Of a DNA stretch of 64,000 nucleotides, positions 22,311 to 36,513 are shown piece by piece. The stretch is taken from contig CM059432.1 of assembly GCA_030390025.1 (NCBI GenBank), forward strand, positions 127,846,001-127,910,000, read 5' to 3'. The stretch's first letter is position 1, and every line of letters starts with the position of its first letter. This DNA is from Squalus acanthias (taxonomy: Eukaryota). The notes beneath the pieces were generated by a model. The model ran no database searches. It was given only the letters and a program-made list of their open reading frames with translations, and was not told where the DNA came from. A program made the translations under genes and the position numbers.

Positions 22311-24719
22311 ATATGGTGTAAACAGCGAAGTGCTTGATTTAGGGCTCCATTAAAGCTCCTTCCAAATTGAGGTGAACGTTAATTCGAGGACTTCTGCCCT
22401 CTTTAATAGAAGCTTCTCCCATCTTGGTGCCCTGCTGCAGCGCCACAGGATTTCCCAGCACTACAGTGATGGGCTCACTCTGCAGAGTCCACTCTGGATA
22501 TAGAATTGACTCTAACCCAGGAAAATTGGTCAGGTCACATCGGGGTCAGGTGGCAAGCCAGATTCCTGCCCTGACCACTTCTGGCAGCAATACTGCCCTG
22601 GAAAAAATCCAAGCCTTTACCTTAGAAACTGACACATGAAGGCTGCCTGTGTCCTTATGATTTGCAGTAATAATCTGAGCGTATCAGAATGCTCATGGAT
22701 ATTGGTAGTAACCAAGTGAATGCTATTGTGCACTCAAAGAGTACAGCAGTGTCTTTGGGGAGCTGCACTGTACTGACAGGTAGTCAGAGCCAGGAGATAA
22801 AATTTATCAAAAAAAATTTGTCAAAATTATGCGGTATAAATTAATCATTAGGAGCAAATAAGGAATTTATACGTAACTATTTTACACTAAGGGTAATAGA
22901 GCTGTGGAATAAGTTCTCAGGGAAAGACATTGAAAGAAAAAGATTTGTACTTATATAGTGCCTTATCACATCTCAAAATCCTTTACGTACATTGTATGTA
23001 TGCTTTCTACTCAGCATCACCTTGTGGACTCCACTCCTTGCCGGTAGCCATTTGATGTGAGTGGATGATTCTCCTTTACCAGTGGATTACTTCCCCTTTC
23101 CTACATAACCGCTATCCTTGGGGATTGTGTGCTTATGAATGGTTGTGGTGAAGCTGGAGGTAAACATTTTGTCTGTGGAGAAATAAGCATGATATGCAAT
23201 ATATTATGAAGAGTACATATGTACTGAAAATTCAGACAGACTACTACAGAAGTCATACTGGCAAAGAATAACATATTCAGGTGAAGTATAACTTGATGCT
23301 TCCAACTCACACTTATCTCAGAGTGCATACCGGTTGTAAATTGATACCTGCAGTACAATTGCAATAGTAGAGGCTTTATTGATTGATATTTATGCAGAGT
23401 GCTATCCAACTATTTATTTGTACTGTGCGAATGCATGGAAGAAAAGATGCATTTCAACTTACCAGACATCTGGGATTCTAGTGATGAGGTTTCTCCCTTG
23501 AGGACTAAAAATGCTCATTGTCATTTCCTTCTACCACATGAGTGCTTTTCTTGTGGGACTGTGCCTCTGGGCCTTTGAAGATTGATCACAATCCTGAAAT
23601 AAAACCAGAAAATACTAGAAATATGTTTTAAACTGTGCTTGCTAATATCAGGGCCAACCTTTCATTTTGCAAGGAAGACCGCTTGATGTCCCTTTGGCCT
23701 TGATTGGCAAATATAGTATTTTTTATGTGCAACACTCAGAGCTTTTTACTTATTCAGAGATAAAGGATATATATTGCTGTAAGCCAATACAACACTACTA
23801 AAACTGTAATAAACATGGACATTTTTTAATTTAAAAAGGAAGTTGAAATTTTATTGAAAATGCTAGAAGCCCATTCATGTACCACAACTGCAAAGGCCCT
23901 TTGTCACAGAGCCAAGGTGCCACAGGCTAACATATATAATTTGTACTCATTTTATGGTTAAGGCTGTTTTTCATGTTGACACATAAATAATAGCTCATGA
24001 ATAAGTAATGAATGCAGAACTGAAATAATTTTAATCATGAGTATAAATTGCAAGTTAATAATCTGTTTGAATCTTGCATGTTGTAGTTGGAGTTTATTTG
24101 GACAACTTGATATATATTTTATTGCTTGGCAATTCCTCCTGTGAGTCATTCCAGCTGTTCAGTTTATTTTGCAGATGGGTGATGGTAACAAATGATAAAG
24201 CATTGCATTAGAAGGATTAACACTAAAGAACTGAGACCAGCAGAGCAGAAATACTGATCAAGGAAATAGTTACTTTGTTTTGATACTGATGTTGGTGTGT
24301 TGGAAACAAATCCAGGAACTAAAGTCAAGACTGCAATGTCAAATAGTGTAACAAGCCTGTTGTTTCTCATGATTTGTCAGCATGAACTAAATTTAAGACC
24401 TTAATGCTAGCCCAAACCTATACCTAGGCGGCCATTTCTGCAGATCCTATCTCTAAAACAAGGCAACACTAATCTTATATTCAAACAAGACTGCATCTAT
24501 TCCCAACCCTAACCCACCCCCACATCAAGATTTTTGATTCTGCTAATTTTGCGTGCAATGGTAAATTATTGAACAACATTATCTTTATTTAATCAGCTGT
24601 ATTTTCTGATTAAATGTGTAAAAATTAAAACAGTACTGTGGAAATTGTTGTATATCTGTATACTTCAGAAGCACATGAAGTGGAAACTAATGTTTGCAAA
24701 GATGATATACACTGTAGCT

Positions 24720-25085
24720 GAATAACAAACTTGGATGTATGTAGCACCTTTCACATCCTCAGGGCATCCCAGAATGCTCCACAGACAATTAAATACTTTT
24801 GAGGTGTTAGCACACATGTTAGCCAATTTTCACACAGCAAGGTCCCACAGTCATGAGATAAATGACCAGATAATTTATTTTAGGTGGTGTTGGTTTAGGG
24901 ATAAATGTTGGCCAGGATATATTTGCTGCTCTTCTTCAAATAGGCCATGGGATTGTTTATGTCCCCCTGAGAGGGTAGACAGAGTCATGTTTTAACATTT
25001 CATCTGAAAGGCAGAATGAAGCATTCCCTCAGTACTGCACTGAAGTGCCTGTACTAGATTAGGTGTTGAAGTCTTTGGAGTGGGG
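24720..25085 (-). mobile_element. Deu-domain SINE, degenerate
   Basis: GATAAATGTTGGCCAGGA, TTCCCTCAGTACTGCACTGAAGTG and TGGAGTGGG match the reverse complement of the other copies. Confidence 0.7.
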
Positions 25086-26538
25086 TTCCGCACCCGCCGT
25101 CAACCCGCCTCCACACAACCTTCCCAAGTGTCGGGTCCCCAATTTGCGAATGGACCCGACACCTAGCGGTGGGAAACGGATTAAAGGCAATTAACTGCCT
25201 ATTAACAGATACTTGTGAGCAGTTTTCAGGGTCTTTTCGATTTTCCAGCTTCTGGGTCGGGTTTTACGACATCCGGACAACACGCCAGGTAAGTGTGGCG
25301 TGTTGTGAGTCTGGTCTAATGTTTGTGAAAAGATGATAGCTGCAGAAGTGGTGTGAAGGATGCAATGTTGCACATGGTGAGTTTCAGAGCAAAGAAAATG
25401 TTGGTTACTGCATTTTTAATACATATACAGATTTCTTTAGCTTACAAGTTTTTAAATCCAACTATATGTCCAGTGCCACCTCATTGGGAGAACCTCTCTC
25501 ACTAGTGACAGATTGCTTCTGTCATCTCACCTGCAGCTGCCATCTATTCCAGCAACATCGGAGCCAATGAAACAATCAGACCTTGGTCCTCCGAATCCTT
25601 CCACAATCATCCCCAACACCAAAATCACCAACCTTCGCCGCCATCACCTGATGCTGCACTGGACACAGGGCATCAGCCCCTGACAAAATTGCTGGCCAGG
25701 AGGCCAGCGATGGTATCACCATAGCCAGACTTTCTTCACTTGATGCTGTAAACCCTGGCTGCCACATGATGCACCAGGTTGACACCATCCCTTTACTGTC
25801 CAAGCCATTCCATGCATACACATCACTATAGCAGGGTGGGGGGGTGGAGTTACGACTGAACAATCACTGGAACTCAGTAAGACACTTCTCAATGTGTGCT
25901 CAGATCTGTCCAATAAGGGGCACTTTTTGTAAAAGAGATTTCACTGTATGGCAACATATTACCAGAAACTTCACATGGACATTGGCTAAACCTCTCAAGT
26001 GCCCACCCTTGTGTGTTGTTAGTTGGTATGCTTGCAGTAGAATGAGGGTGAGTGTGAGGGGTGGCTAGTGAGATGGGGAAGTGATAAAGTAGATAGAGAG
26101 GGTTGGGTGGAGGTTCAAGGTAAGTTGGTGTCCTGGGGAGGTCTCTTCCACCCTTGGAAGGGAAGCGAACCTCCCTGCGTACTGTGATTCCCTCCATAAG
26201 CATATGGAGGGAGTCATTGGAGAGCCTGGGTGCAAGAGTTCACCTTGATGCAGTGATTGTCAGTGTTTTCAGCACCTCAATGCTGTCAAACACTGAAAAA
26301 TCAACTATCAAAATAAAATTGTGCATGGTCCCTTTAAGGAAACCGGCAGATGACGTGTCATCAAATGATGTCACCAGACCCGTTTCCTGTTAATTGGCTG
26401 GTAAGCCCGCAGCACGGGCTTAACAAGGCCAATCAAGGGAAAATCACATCTGTAGAGCGGAGTCAGCTGGGGCGGGACTGGAACCCAGAAACCAGCTGAC
26501 CCGCCTCCATCCCGACACTGATGAGAAAATCGCGGCCC
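25086..26538 (-). mobile_element. Non-autonomous Harbinger derivative, inverted relative of 34773-36513
   Basis: 26325-26445 is reverse-complement-similar to 34865-34990, and 25575-25800 to 35730-35990. Ends AAAATCGCGGCCC. Confidence 0.65.
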
Positions 26539-26574
26539 AAGTATTTGTTTAATTTCTCTGCCATTTTCTTATTC

Positions 26575-26905
26575 GGAGATGCCGGTGTTGGACTGGCGTG
26601 GACAAAATTGAGAGGTCGCACAACACCAGGTTATAGTCCAACAGTTTTATTTGAAATCACAAGCTTTCGGAGCTATCGATTGCTCCTTCCTCAGGTGAAG
26701 TAAATTAGATACAGAATCGCCAAAGCATATATAGATAGAAAACAAAGCATGTGTAAGGTACACATGCTTTGTTTTCTATCTATATATGCTTTGGCGATTC
26801 TGTATCTAATTTACTTCACCTGAGGAAGGAGCAATCGATAGCTCCGAAAGCTTGTGATTTCAAATAAAACTGTTGGACTATAACCTGGTGTTGTGCGACC
26901 TCTCA
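26575..26905. mobile_element. Penelope-like element, perfect fold-back insertion with 12-bp TSD
   Basis: Arms 26604-26755 and 26759-26910 (152 bp) are exact reverse complements around AGG. Tail at 26575-26603. ATTTTCTTATTC is duplicated at 26563-26574 and 26906-26917. Confidence 0.88.
26816..26857 (+). ncRNA. Minimal hammerhead ribozyme motif (identical copy on - strand at 26657-26698)
   Basis: TCAC-CTGAGGA-A-GGAGC-AATCGATA-GCTCC-GAAAGCTT-GTGA, followed closely by AATAAA. Confidence 0.8.
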
Positions 26906-27599
26906 ATTTTCTTATTCCCCATTATAATTTCTCCTGTCTCAGCCTGTAAGCGACCCACATTTACTTTCGCTAATCTTTCCCTTTACATATCTATAGAAGC
27001 TTTTACAGTCTGTTTTTATGTCTCTCACTAGTTTACTCTCATATTCTATTTTCCCTTTCTTTATCAATTTCTTGGTCCTCCTTTGTTGAATTCTAAACTC
27101 CTCCCGATCCTCAGGCTTACTATTCTTTTTGGCAGCATTATATGCCTCTTCCTTTGATCTAATACCATCTTTAACTTCTCTTGCTAGCCACGGTTGGACC
27201 ACTTTTCTTGTGGGGTTTTTGTGCCTTAAAGGAATGTATATTTGTTGTAAATTATGTATTAATTCTGTATTGACGCTGTTCATCTTTAGAAACATAGAAG
27301 ATTTTGTCTGATATATTTTTGAAGTTGTTACTGAAACTTCTGTGTGCTTGTAATCAATATTTATAAATACCATATACCTGTAATCTATATATACAAGAAA
27401 CTCCATATATCTATGATCAGTAATACTAGTGTTAAACCACACATGCAATGTGAGGTTAAAGAGAGGAGCAGGCAACTTTTCACCCTTTGTCACAAGGTTG
27501 TAGTGGAAATATTATACTACATATCATGTACCATACACATGGTTTAAGAGATACAGTATGAGGGACGGAGGTTAGAAGAATGGGCTCTTGACATGTTTA

Positions 27600-28210
27600 G
27601 TCATTGTAAACTGTGGAGAAGCATTCAACAAGCCAAATAGAGTGCTGAACTATATTGCTTAATTAGTAGAATATAAATTGGAGGATGTCATACTAAAACT
27701 ATACAGCACTCTGATCAGACTACACTTTGAACACAGTGTCCTGTCACAGTCACTCAGGCACATGGGAATCATTCAAACCCTGGTGGCAAGCCATAAGGTT
27801 GATCCCTGGTGTGGGAAGATTCAGTTATGAAGAAAAACTGGAGAAATGTTGGCTCTTCATCCTTTAGATGAGGCAACTGGGAAGGAACCTTATAAAGGTA
27901 TGTAATATATATTAAAAATTGAGAAAAGATAAATCTCGAGTATGAGTTCAAGGTATATTTTGACAGTAAGACATAATTGAAAGGCAGTTCTTCACACAAA
28001 GAGTGATCAACATTTCGGATGGACTTTGGGACAAAGAGTGGAGGCAAAAACTTTGGTGTAATTTATGAGACAGTAGGATGTTGGGGGGGGGGGGGGGGTG
28101 GGGGGGCGGTGGGCGGAGGTTCGAGGGAGGCGGGGTGGATGGTGGATGTGACTTCTTATAGTTGAGTTGAGATGGGCCAAATAGTTTTCCTCATCTACAT
28201 TTATCTTGTG
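27600..28210 (+). mobile_element. Old, highly degenerate CR1 3' fragment
   Basis: Residual AAACTATACAGCACTCTGATCAGAC, TTCTTCACACAAAGAGTG and GATGGGCCAAATAG occur in CR1 order. Confidence 0.55.
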
Positions 28211-29637
28211 ATATGTGTGTTTGCCACTAATTGGAAGAGCAAAATTAATTCATTTGTAGAAGTATAATTTGTGCAATTCCCACATTAAGTACAATACCAT
28301 TACTCAATTAAACAGTGTTAAGAATGTACACCGATTGAAAACGATAGTGTTTTTCTATAATCGGTGATATTGTTTGACTTTTAAAATTGGGCGAAGTTAA
28401 CTGGGGTCAAAACTACCCACCCAATGTTAAAGTCTTCCACTATCACTCTTTATCGCATAACAGTATAATTTTTAAATATATAATTAGTTTACATTTAATT
28501 ATATAAATATAAACATATTATAATTATAAACACAGCTCCACGGTGTTAGTAGATGCATATAATGACTACTTGTCACAGATGAGACCTAAAGATGTGCAGC
28601 GCCTTGGCGTGTTATTACAGATATCTGATTTCCGTTGGATTAGTTGGATTTCCTGAAGTCTGTGCTGTCAGCCACATTTCTGTCCATTGTATTTTGTGCC
28701 GCTCACATGGTGGATTTTCCTTCCGTTTCTGATTCCCAGCTTTCCACAGAGCACAAGGAACGGATATGGACACAAATCACGGTTCTCTCCTCTCCATTGC
28801 TGGCTCTGATTCAGCAACACATTTTTAACAGTTGATTTCAGCTAAACGGACTAAAAAGGAGGACTCCTGCGATCGAATCTGGGGACGAAAATGATATAAT
28901 GGCAGTTAACCTCACGTACAAACTTTGGTTAGGAAGAAAATCAGTTCCAGTTTTGGTAAGTTGCTGAAAACCATAGGCGTGGTTAGAGAAACTGCAGCAC
29001 TAACTAGGCTGAGTTACTGGCGCGGCGCAAGATCTCTGAGGGTTTTTTTTTGCTGCTTTAGAAAATAATCATAAGTAAAGTACATCAAAAAGTGACAGAG
29101 TACGACGCGATATGCCATCTGTCTTTAGGTAACCCTAAAAACCTTTTAAACTTTCGATAGTATAGACATGGACCCATTACTTCTTCTACTGTATGCATTT
29201 GGAAAACTTTTTTTTAAAATTACAGTATCATTTATGAAACCTGAAACTTCTAAATGAAAAATAGTTCATAATCGGCCAACGAGTAAACCGTACGTTAGCA
29301 TTTAGGAATGTGATTTTTTTTTCTTATTTAACATTATTATTCACTTCGATTTTGTTCGTTAGGTAGGCAAAGTCTTTTTATAATTTGAAGAACTTTGATC
29401 AAAAGACAAACTTTTTTCAATTTTCTTATGCGGTTATGTCATATCTAGTTTATCCCCCCTCCCCCCCACCCCCCCGCCAAGTGCTGTTAATAAGTGGATA
29501 GCAAGCAAACCCTGTGTGAAGCCAGGCTGTAATAAAAAGTGAGCTGCAATTTAGATCTTTTTTTCGATGGTCCAGGAGCTAGCCCAATTCATTTGCTGCT
29601 TTCATTCACCTAGGTGGGATTCGTTGTGAAATAAACC

Positions 29638-29696
29638 ATGAGGTCTTCAACCTCCAGAATATCGACCTTCTCCTCGAGGGATTCATTATGGAACCG
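29638..29696 (+). CDS. ASAP1: ASAP1 first coding exon (exon 29614-29696), encoding MRSSTSRISTFSSRDSLWNR
   Basis: Translation closely matches the mammalian ASAP1 N-terminus as I recall it (MRSSASRLSSFSSRDSLWNR). Acceptor TTCACCTAG|G, Kozak ACCATG, donor CG|GTAAGC. Phase 2 is completed by the single G before ATG at 43675. Too short for the ORF track. Confidence 0.93.
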
Positions 29697-30999
29697 GTAA
29701 GCTAAGGGTTAACTGCACAAAGACAAGTTTCCCTCACAACATAGTTTTGTTATCAGTGTTCATACTTAAAATTTTTCGAGAAAAATAACCTTTTTTCTTC
29801 AGATTCTTCTGGGTCAACCTCTGTCCGAACAGACATTGGCAGGATGCCGCGAATATCTTTTTGGAGGGCGAGAGAAGGGGATTAATCATGGGGAGAAAGA
29901 GGGGGAAAGGACAATTTACGTGTGCGCTGGGGAAATTCCTGGTGAGAGTGAAAGTTGCCAGAAAGGTGTCAAGTTCTTCACGATCCTGAGGATACTTTGA
30001 CTAAAGACATGCAAAATCGGGAATGCTTTAATTAGAGCAATTGACCGTGACTGGGAAGTTCCTGGTAAAATAACACAGAATAGATACATTATAATTTACG
30101 ATTGTGATCTCTTCAAAACTTTTTCAAACGGGTTTTATTTTTCTCACTGATGTAACACCTCCACAGCAGTGAATCTTTTGAGAGATGACAGATTCCCTCA
30201 AGATCCCTTCTAACCTCCCCCACCCAACACACACTCACTCACAGGTCCTGGTAAATAATCAGCTCCTAGAAGAAAATATCGCGCGAAAAGAATCACTGTA
30301 GTTTTGAATAAATGTTTTTAAAAATTAGACCGGGAACATTTTGTGCCGAGGTTGAAAATGCACAAGAAACCGCCCTCCCCCCCCCACCCCCCGCCCAACA
30401 TTTTACATGGGGACCATACCGTGTGCGAGCTGATGAAATGTTTATGTTAAAATGTTATTCTGACTCAGCACATAAACAGTTCACCCCCTCAGTCGGCAAT
30501 CTTATTTATGTAGCTGATGTTATTCTTCCTTGGGCCGGACCTGTGAGGACACATTCCATTGATCGGTGAATTTTTTAAAAACACGCTTTGTTTCAAAAAT
30601 GCTTTCATTTTGCAGTATTTTAAAGCAGTTTTTACTGCTCGAATTAAACAATGCTGAAACAAAAAATGTGGTGTTTGAGGCGTAGCAGCTGTACATTTTT
30701 TTTTCAATTCCAAAGTATATACGGATTAAAAACTAAAAGCATAGTGCTGTTTTTGCATATTCGGCTACACATGTTATTTCGTGGAAAGCTCCTTTCTTTA
30801 GAACAAAATGATGATGTGGCACTAAAAACATATATTCACCCTTGAACTGCGCACATCCTCAGAATTTATTGCTATTGTTCCTTGTTTAAAACCTGAAGGT
30901 GGCGCAATAGCTCCAGCGAAACTGTGTCTGTGTGTGCGAAAGAGAGAGTGAGCACGTCTATGTCGATGTGCCTGTGAGAATGAAAGGGAAAGACCACAG

Positions 31000-31716
31000 A
31001 GGGAGCGGGAAACAAAAGGCTTGCACTTGCCCAGAGACTTTCTATGGCCTTTTGCACTCCCAAGTTCCTCTCAGCCAACTATCGAAAAAGTACAGGGCCC
31101 TGGGCAGGGCATCTGGGACCTGTGTGAACAGGGCAAGCAACTGTGTGTCTCCTTAACCAATCAGGTTGAAGAATAATTAATGAGCAGCCGCAGAGTCTGA
31201 ATCAGGAAGTGTCAGTTAGAATATTTAATTCAATGTCAAATCAGGCACAGAAAGCGAAAGAAAGAGAGGGAAATAAAGATTGGATTCAGAGAGAGAGAAA
31301 AGAGACAGAAAGAAAAAGTAAAAATAAATTATTTTTTTAAATCTCCAACAATAATTAAAAATAAGGAATGAGACTCCGCAGTTAATTTTCAGTGCCAGAG
31401 AAGATGTTTGGCAGTAATTAAGACTTATCACGTTGTTAAATGGATACTTACACTGGAAAGGACAAGCCCTAGCTTAGTTCGTAGATATCAAGTAAGTACA
31501 GCCACTTCACGCCGTTCCATGTATTTCAATGGAGAGTCTTGTGGCGATATACCATTATCGCGCAGCTTTTGAAGGAGCAGGGCATCTCAGACAGCAACTT
31601 CCTGATTTACGCATTTAACTGTGCATGTGCGGTTGCTAGAAGTTGCTGTCTGATTTACACGTTTATAACGGTGAGCGCTGTTAGCCTCACCATTATTTTA
31701 CTGCAAAATCTGGCCT
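31000..31716. mobile_element. Degenerate non-autonomous DNA-transposon-like repeat; sibling at ~37585-38315 plus 40895-40906
   Basis: Shared internal hairpins (GCAACTTC...GAAGTTGC; CGGTGA...CCATYATT) and end AAAATCTGG(G)CC. Left boundary uncertain. Confidence 0.5.
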
Positions 31717-34700
31717 ATAGTGTGTGAAAGAGAAAGAGAGAGAGCGAGAGAGAGAAAGAGACAGACCACAGAGAGAGAGAGAGAGTGTCTGCTCCAGAAA
31801 ATTATGGCCCGTTGACATTCCATTAAGTGAGCTAATAGGACTTTCCTTTATTAGTTAAATGAGGAATTACAATATAAACCATAAATATTTAATCTAACCA
31901 ATGGATGTTTCATGATTAAGTGTATTCAAATTATATGAATGCATTATGGCATTATAACAATATTGTACCAAAATATAATAAAAATACTTATATTTATATA
32001 GTGCACTTCAGGAGTACATAACTAGCTCACTGTCAGTGATAAGAAAGTATAAAACATAAAAAAGAAACACCAAACCACAAAGATGAAGAACCGTAACAAA
32101 CAAGCTACAAGCCCTATTGATGTCATTAGAGGAATTTCCCTAATGATGAAGAAAATATTAACAAGTAAATCTTTGCTAAATATTCAAAGCAATACAGGAT
32201 GCTACTGCCAGAAAATACTGACGTTTCATCAGATATTTACTAGTTAAAATTTCCTTCATCACCAAAAAAATTTCTGCAGAAACATTTTGCAGGATGTGTG
32301 GGTTGTGCAATTCAACTCTGCTTTACACTGGCTGCATATTTCATGAAAGCTGCTGCTCATGTGACCTGGCATTTTAAAACTGAGTGTAGTTTCTGTTTAA
32401 TTATACTAATATATGAAGGACATTGGGACTTCATGGAAGTCTTCAGCCCAGTGAGAATCGATGGTAGACCCAGAATCAATCGTAATTCTTTCATGCTGTT
32501 TCTATGTGTCATTCCTGACTCTATTTGAACTGTGGTTAGCTACAAAGAAAAAACATATGTGTGTGCATGAGAGAGAGAGGATAGACATACAAGAAGGAGA
32601 AGACAAACATAAAAGATTGTGTGGTGATAAAATAGAGATCAAGAGAGAAAGAAAGTCCAGACAAAATTTAATTTTTCTTGTTATTAACTATTTTTTGAAT
32701 TGGCCACCTGAATAAAAGGTGAATATAGAGTCATGATTATATTTTACCTGTAGTTTTATATACAACTGTGATCATTTATCAATGGTGGTTGAATGATTCA
32801 GCTAATATTTTAAATCTTTTATACATGCTCCTAAAGTCTGACTAGAAATTATCCATAGCTATTACATTTACAATATGGAGGTGATGAGAATTTTGGAACT
32901 GAGTTTGGTAAACAATGATTTGGCTTCTCTGTTAATTAAACAATCTTTTTGATTTTATAAAATATTGACAAACTTCCCCTCAATTTTTTCTTACAAGGCC
33001 TTCCCCTTCATGCAATGCCCTTCATCTGAAATGATGAGGTGGTCTGTGAATGGCTCCTTGGCTGCTATCAGTGCTACATCATGATCAGCTGACAGGATGT
33101 GCATTTGCAACAGCAGAAACTATCAACATCTAAACAAGGTGCTGAACATAGTGCTTGGGCAAGAACTGATAACACTCATTTGATGTGTAGGTCTGGGACA
33201 CCAGCACTGTAGACTATAGGCTCTAGAACCATTGCAAAATTTTGTTATTCCCTTTTTATTACACGCTATGACAGATCTTAAGTGGTAGGAAATAAGATCT
33301 AATGTACTGAATCAGCTGCATGTACTGCTGGTACATTTTAGGTCATATATTCTCCCTTGAGAAGCCCTTAGTAGTCCAGAAATTATGTGCCCTATATATT
33401 CTCTATCTTACTGCCATAAAGGAAAGAAAAAGAAGATTGTCTGCTTCTTTTTCTTTATATTTCCTAGTTTAAATAAATCATCTGCTGGCAGTGCTGGATA
33501 GCTGGTGCAGCTTTGTTGTAAACTATTGGTACTAAATCAAACCTGCATTATCTGCACTTTAAAAAAAAATCTGCTTGCTTTGCTTAACTGTCATTTGTCA
33601 ACCTTATCCTTCTTTGCCCTTTTTTCATGAGTAAATTTGTGAAAAGCACTGATAATTAAGGTACTTAATTTTTGGCTTTTTATTTTCTGGGAGTTTCCTA
33701 GTTTTCCTGACCAGAAAATTAAATTTAGCTGAAAATCATTGGAGAAGAATTCTGTTTCACATTTTCCAGGTAAAAATCAGGAGGCAAAATTCAATGGTAC
33801 ATAAGCATTCACCAGAAACACTTGCTCACATTTATTTAGGCCATTTATAGTACAGAATCACTTGAAGGAGCAGTTCTATACATTACAGTGTTCATCCTCT
33901 TGCTGAATCACCTGTATGGAGCATCCCATCATTGAGGAAGTTGTTGGAGCAGTTGCATGTTGCAGTGGCTTGCACATATACAGTTCTTTGAAAACAAAGT
34001 CAGCTTTTTTCAACACTAACAAATACCTTAGTTGCTGGGTAAGGTTTGCAGCAGTATGGGATGGCGCAATCACTGAACAATATGTGGACAGGAGCAGAAA
34101 AACTTGAAAATTCAGAAAGGCTGGCAGTGGCAATACTTTCTTTTGGCTGCCACTGCTTGCACTTTTAGTTATGCAGCTGATTATAGTGGTGTGAAAAGGA
34201 AAGCAGGGAGAATGCAAGTTTGCAGCTTTAACCCCTGGATTTGTAATAAATCAAATGCAACAAAATCTCCATATTCATCATAACAAATAGAGTAAATATA
34301 ATGAAGTAATTTGGTTTCCATGTGCTACTGTAAAGGGGTTATTAGTCTCAACTACTAGCTATATATATTTTTCAAAGTACATTTTCTGTTTAATTTTTAT
34401 TTTCATTATACAAATATTTTTAATTTGTCGGATGGCCTGCTGGAGAGAAGATGACATAAAACAGTACAGTCCACACCAGACACTATCTCCCCATACAACT
34501 GAGAGAGGTGCATAGAAGAATATCTTACGATACTTGCAAAGATGGCAAGATTTCATGAAATAATGGGGATTGATAAATTGTCTCCCTCACACCCTAAAAA
34601 AATGAAGTAAAAATGAAAAAAGAACTTTATATGTAAATTTTAAACATTTACTTATCGGGAGCCAAGGGCTGTATGTGCTTCATCTGCATATTTCTTCGTC

Positions 34701-34772
34701 ATTCACAATACAGATCGTCTGTCGGATTTATCATTTTATGTTTACTTCTTTCCATGTAATCTTTATTACTAT

Positions 34773-36513
34773 GGGCTGGATTTTATGGACCTCTGCGGGT
34801 CCGTGGTGGGCGATGTCGGTGGCGGGTCCCGACCCCGCTGTTGTCTCCATCCTGGCCTCCGAAATGAATTTCCCCTGAATGGGCTTGTTAAGCCCGCCCA
34901 TAGCATTTTCCAGCCAATTAGAGGAAGCGGGTCTGGTGGTGTCAATTGATGACGCGTCATCAGCCGATTTCCTTAAAGGGACCATGGCCAACTTTCTTTT
35001 GACATTTGTGCTGTCAGTGTTCTACAGCATCGAGGTGCCGCAAACACTGACAAGCACTGCACAGAGGTGCAGGGCTGCACCCAGGCTCTTCCATGACTCC
35101 CTCCGAGTCACAGCACACAGGGAGGTTCTCTTCCCTTCCCATGGCGGAAGAGGACCTCCCCAGGATATCAACATAGCCTAGTTGCACATTGCAGAGGAGG
35201 GCATAAGCAGGGATGTGGTCAGGAGGACCTGGGTGCAGTGCCACAAATGTTTCAATGATCTCAGTAGATCACGCAACGTTAGTACAAAGCCACACTCAAC
35301 CTCATCCTGCTGTGCGTCTCATCACATTCCCATCACTCTGCCTTCCTTACCCTACTCCTGCACATCCTTACTCACACCAACTTACCTTGCACCTCCACCC
35401 AAACCCTCTCTATCTACATTATCACATCCCCATCTCACTAGCCACCCCTCACACTCACCCTCATCCAAGTGCAATCATACCAACTAACAACACACAAGGG
35501 TAGGCACTTGGGTGTTTTATGCAATGTTCATGTAAAGTTTCTGTTAATGTGGTGTCAAACATTGAAACCTTTTTTTTCAACACTTTGTGTTCTTTGACAG
35601 CTTTGTGTGCACCTTTGGAAGTGGCTTAGTGAGTTGCAGTGAATGGTGAGACATAACGGTACCCCCCACAATGGTGATGAGTGTGAAAAGAATGGCTTGG
35701 GCATTGTAGGGATGCTTTATGGTGTTGGTGTGGGATGGTGCCAACCTGGCGCATCATGTGGCAGCCAGGGTGTACAGCGTCAAGTGAAGTAAATCTGGCC
35801 AAGTTGAGGCCATCCCTGGCCTCCTGGGCAGCAATGTGGTCGGGTGCTGATGCCCTGTGTCCCGTGTATCATCAGTTGATTGCGGAGAAGGTTGGTGATG
35901 TTGTTGGTGATGCTGGTGTGCCTGGTGCTGCTGGTGTGCCTGGTGATGCTGGTGTTGGGGCTGATTGTGGTGGGATTCTAAGGACCAAGGTGAGAGAGTA
36001 TAAAGTGCACCCATGCTGATGGAATAGATGGCAGTTGAAGTAGAGATGACAGAAGCGACCTGTCAATGAGGTAATGAGATCAGACTGGATGGATACTTGC
36101 AGCATTCCAATACAGTTTAGAGAAGCTTTTGGTTAAGGGAACATTTGTCAATCAGCTGGGAGCTTTGACTTGACATTTGAAGCTGTCAACTCATCAGCTG
36201 ATTCAATGGCCACTGACCTCCCACCTCAGCTTCACAGACGAGGTCTAGGCACAGCAGGAAACCAGTGGGTGACCTGTCAAATTCAAAAAGCTGGGAAAAA
36301 AACCATTGTTAAGTGGCTGTAAACAAGCCACTAATGATTTAAATTGCCCCCCCCGCCCCCACTGCTGCGTGCTGAGCGTTGACAGACCCAACATTTGGTA
36401 AAGGCATGTGGCGGCGGGTTCACAGCGGGGTCCTGACACGCTGGGGGAAAAAAACACTTTCCCACCCGACCCATCACCGATTACGCCTGCTGACCCCCCG
36501 CAAAATCCAGCCC
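34773..36513 (+). mobile_element. Non-autonomous Harbinger derivative with Myb remnant
   Basis: Perfect 12-bp TIR GGGCTGGATTTT / AAAATCCAGCCC. Internal RRTWVQCHKCFNDLSR parallels RTHTQCRKKFNDLTR. TSD not clean. Confidence 0.75.

Larger units (their letters stand above)
26540..27265 (-). mobile_element. Internal CR1 fragment, host of the Penelope insertion
   Basis: Closely similar to 55570-55950 (IKTDCKSFYRYVK, QPWLAREVKDGIRSK). Confidence 0.85.
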
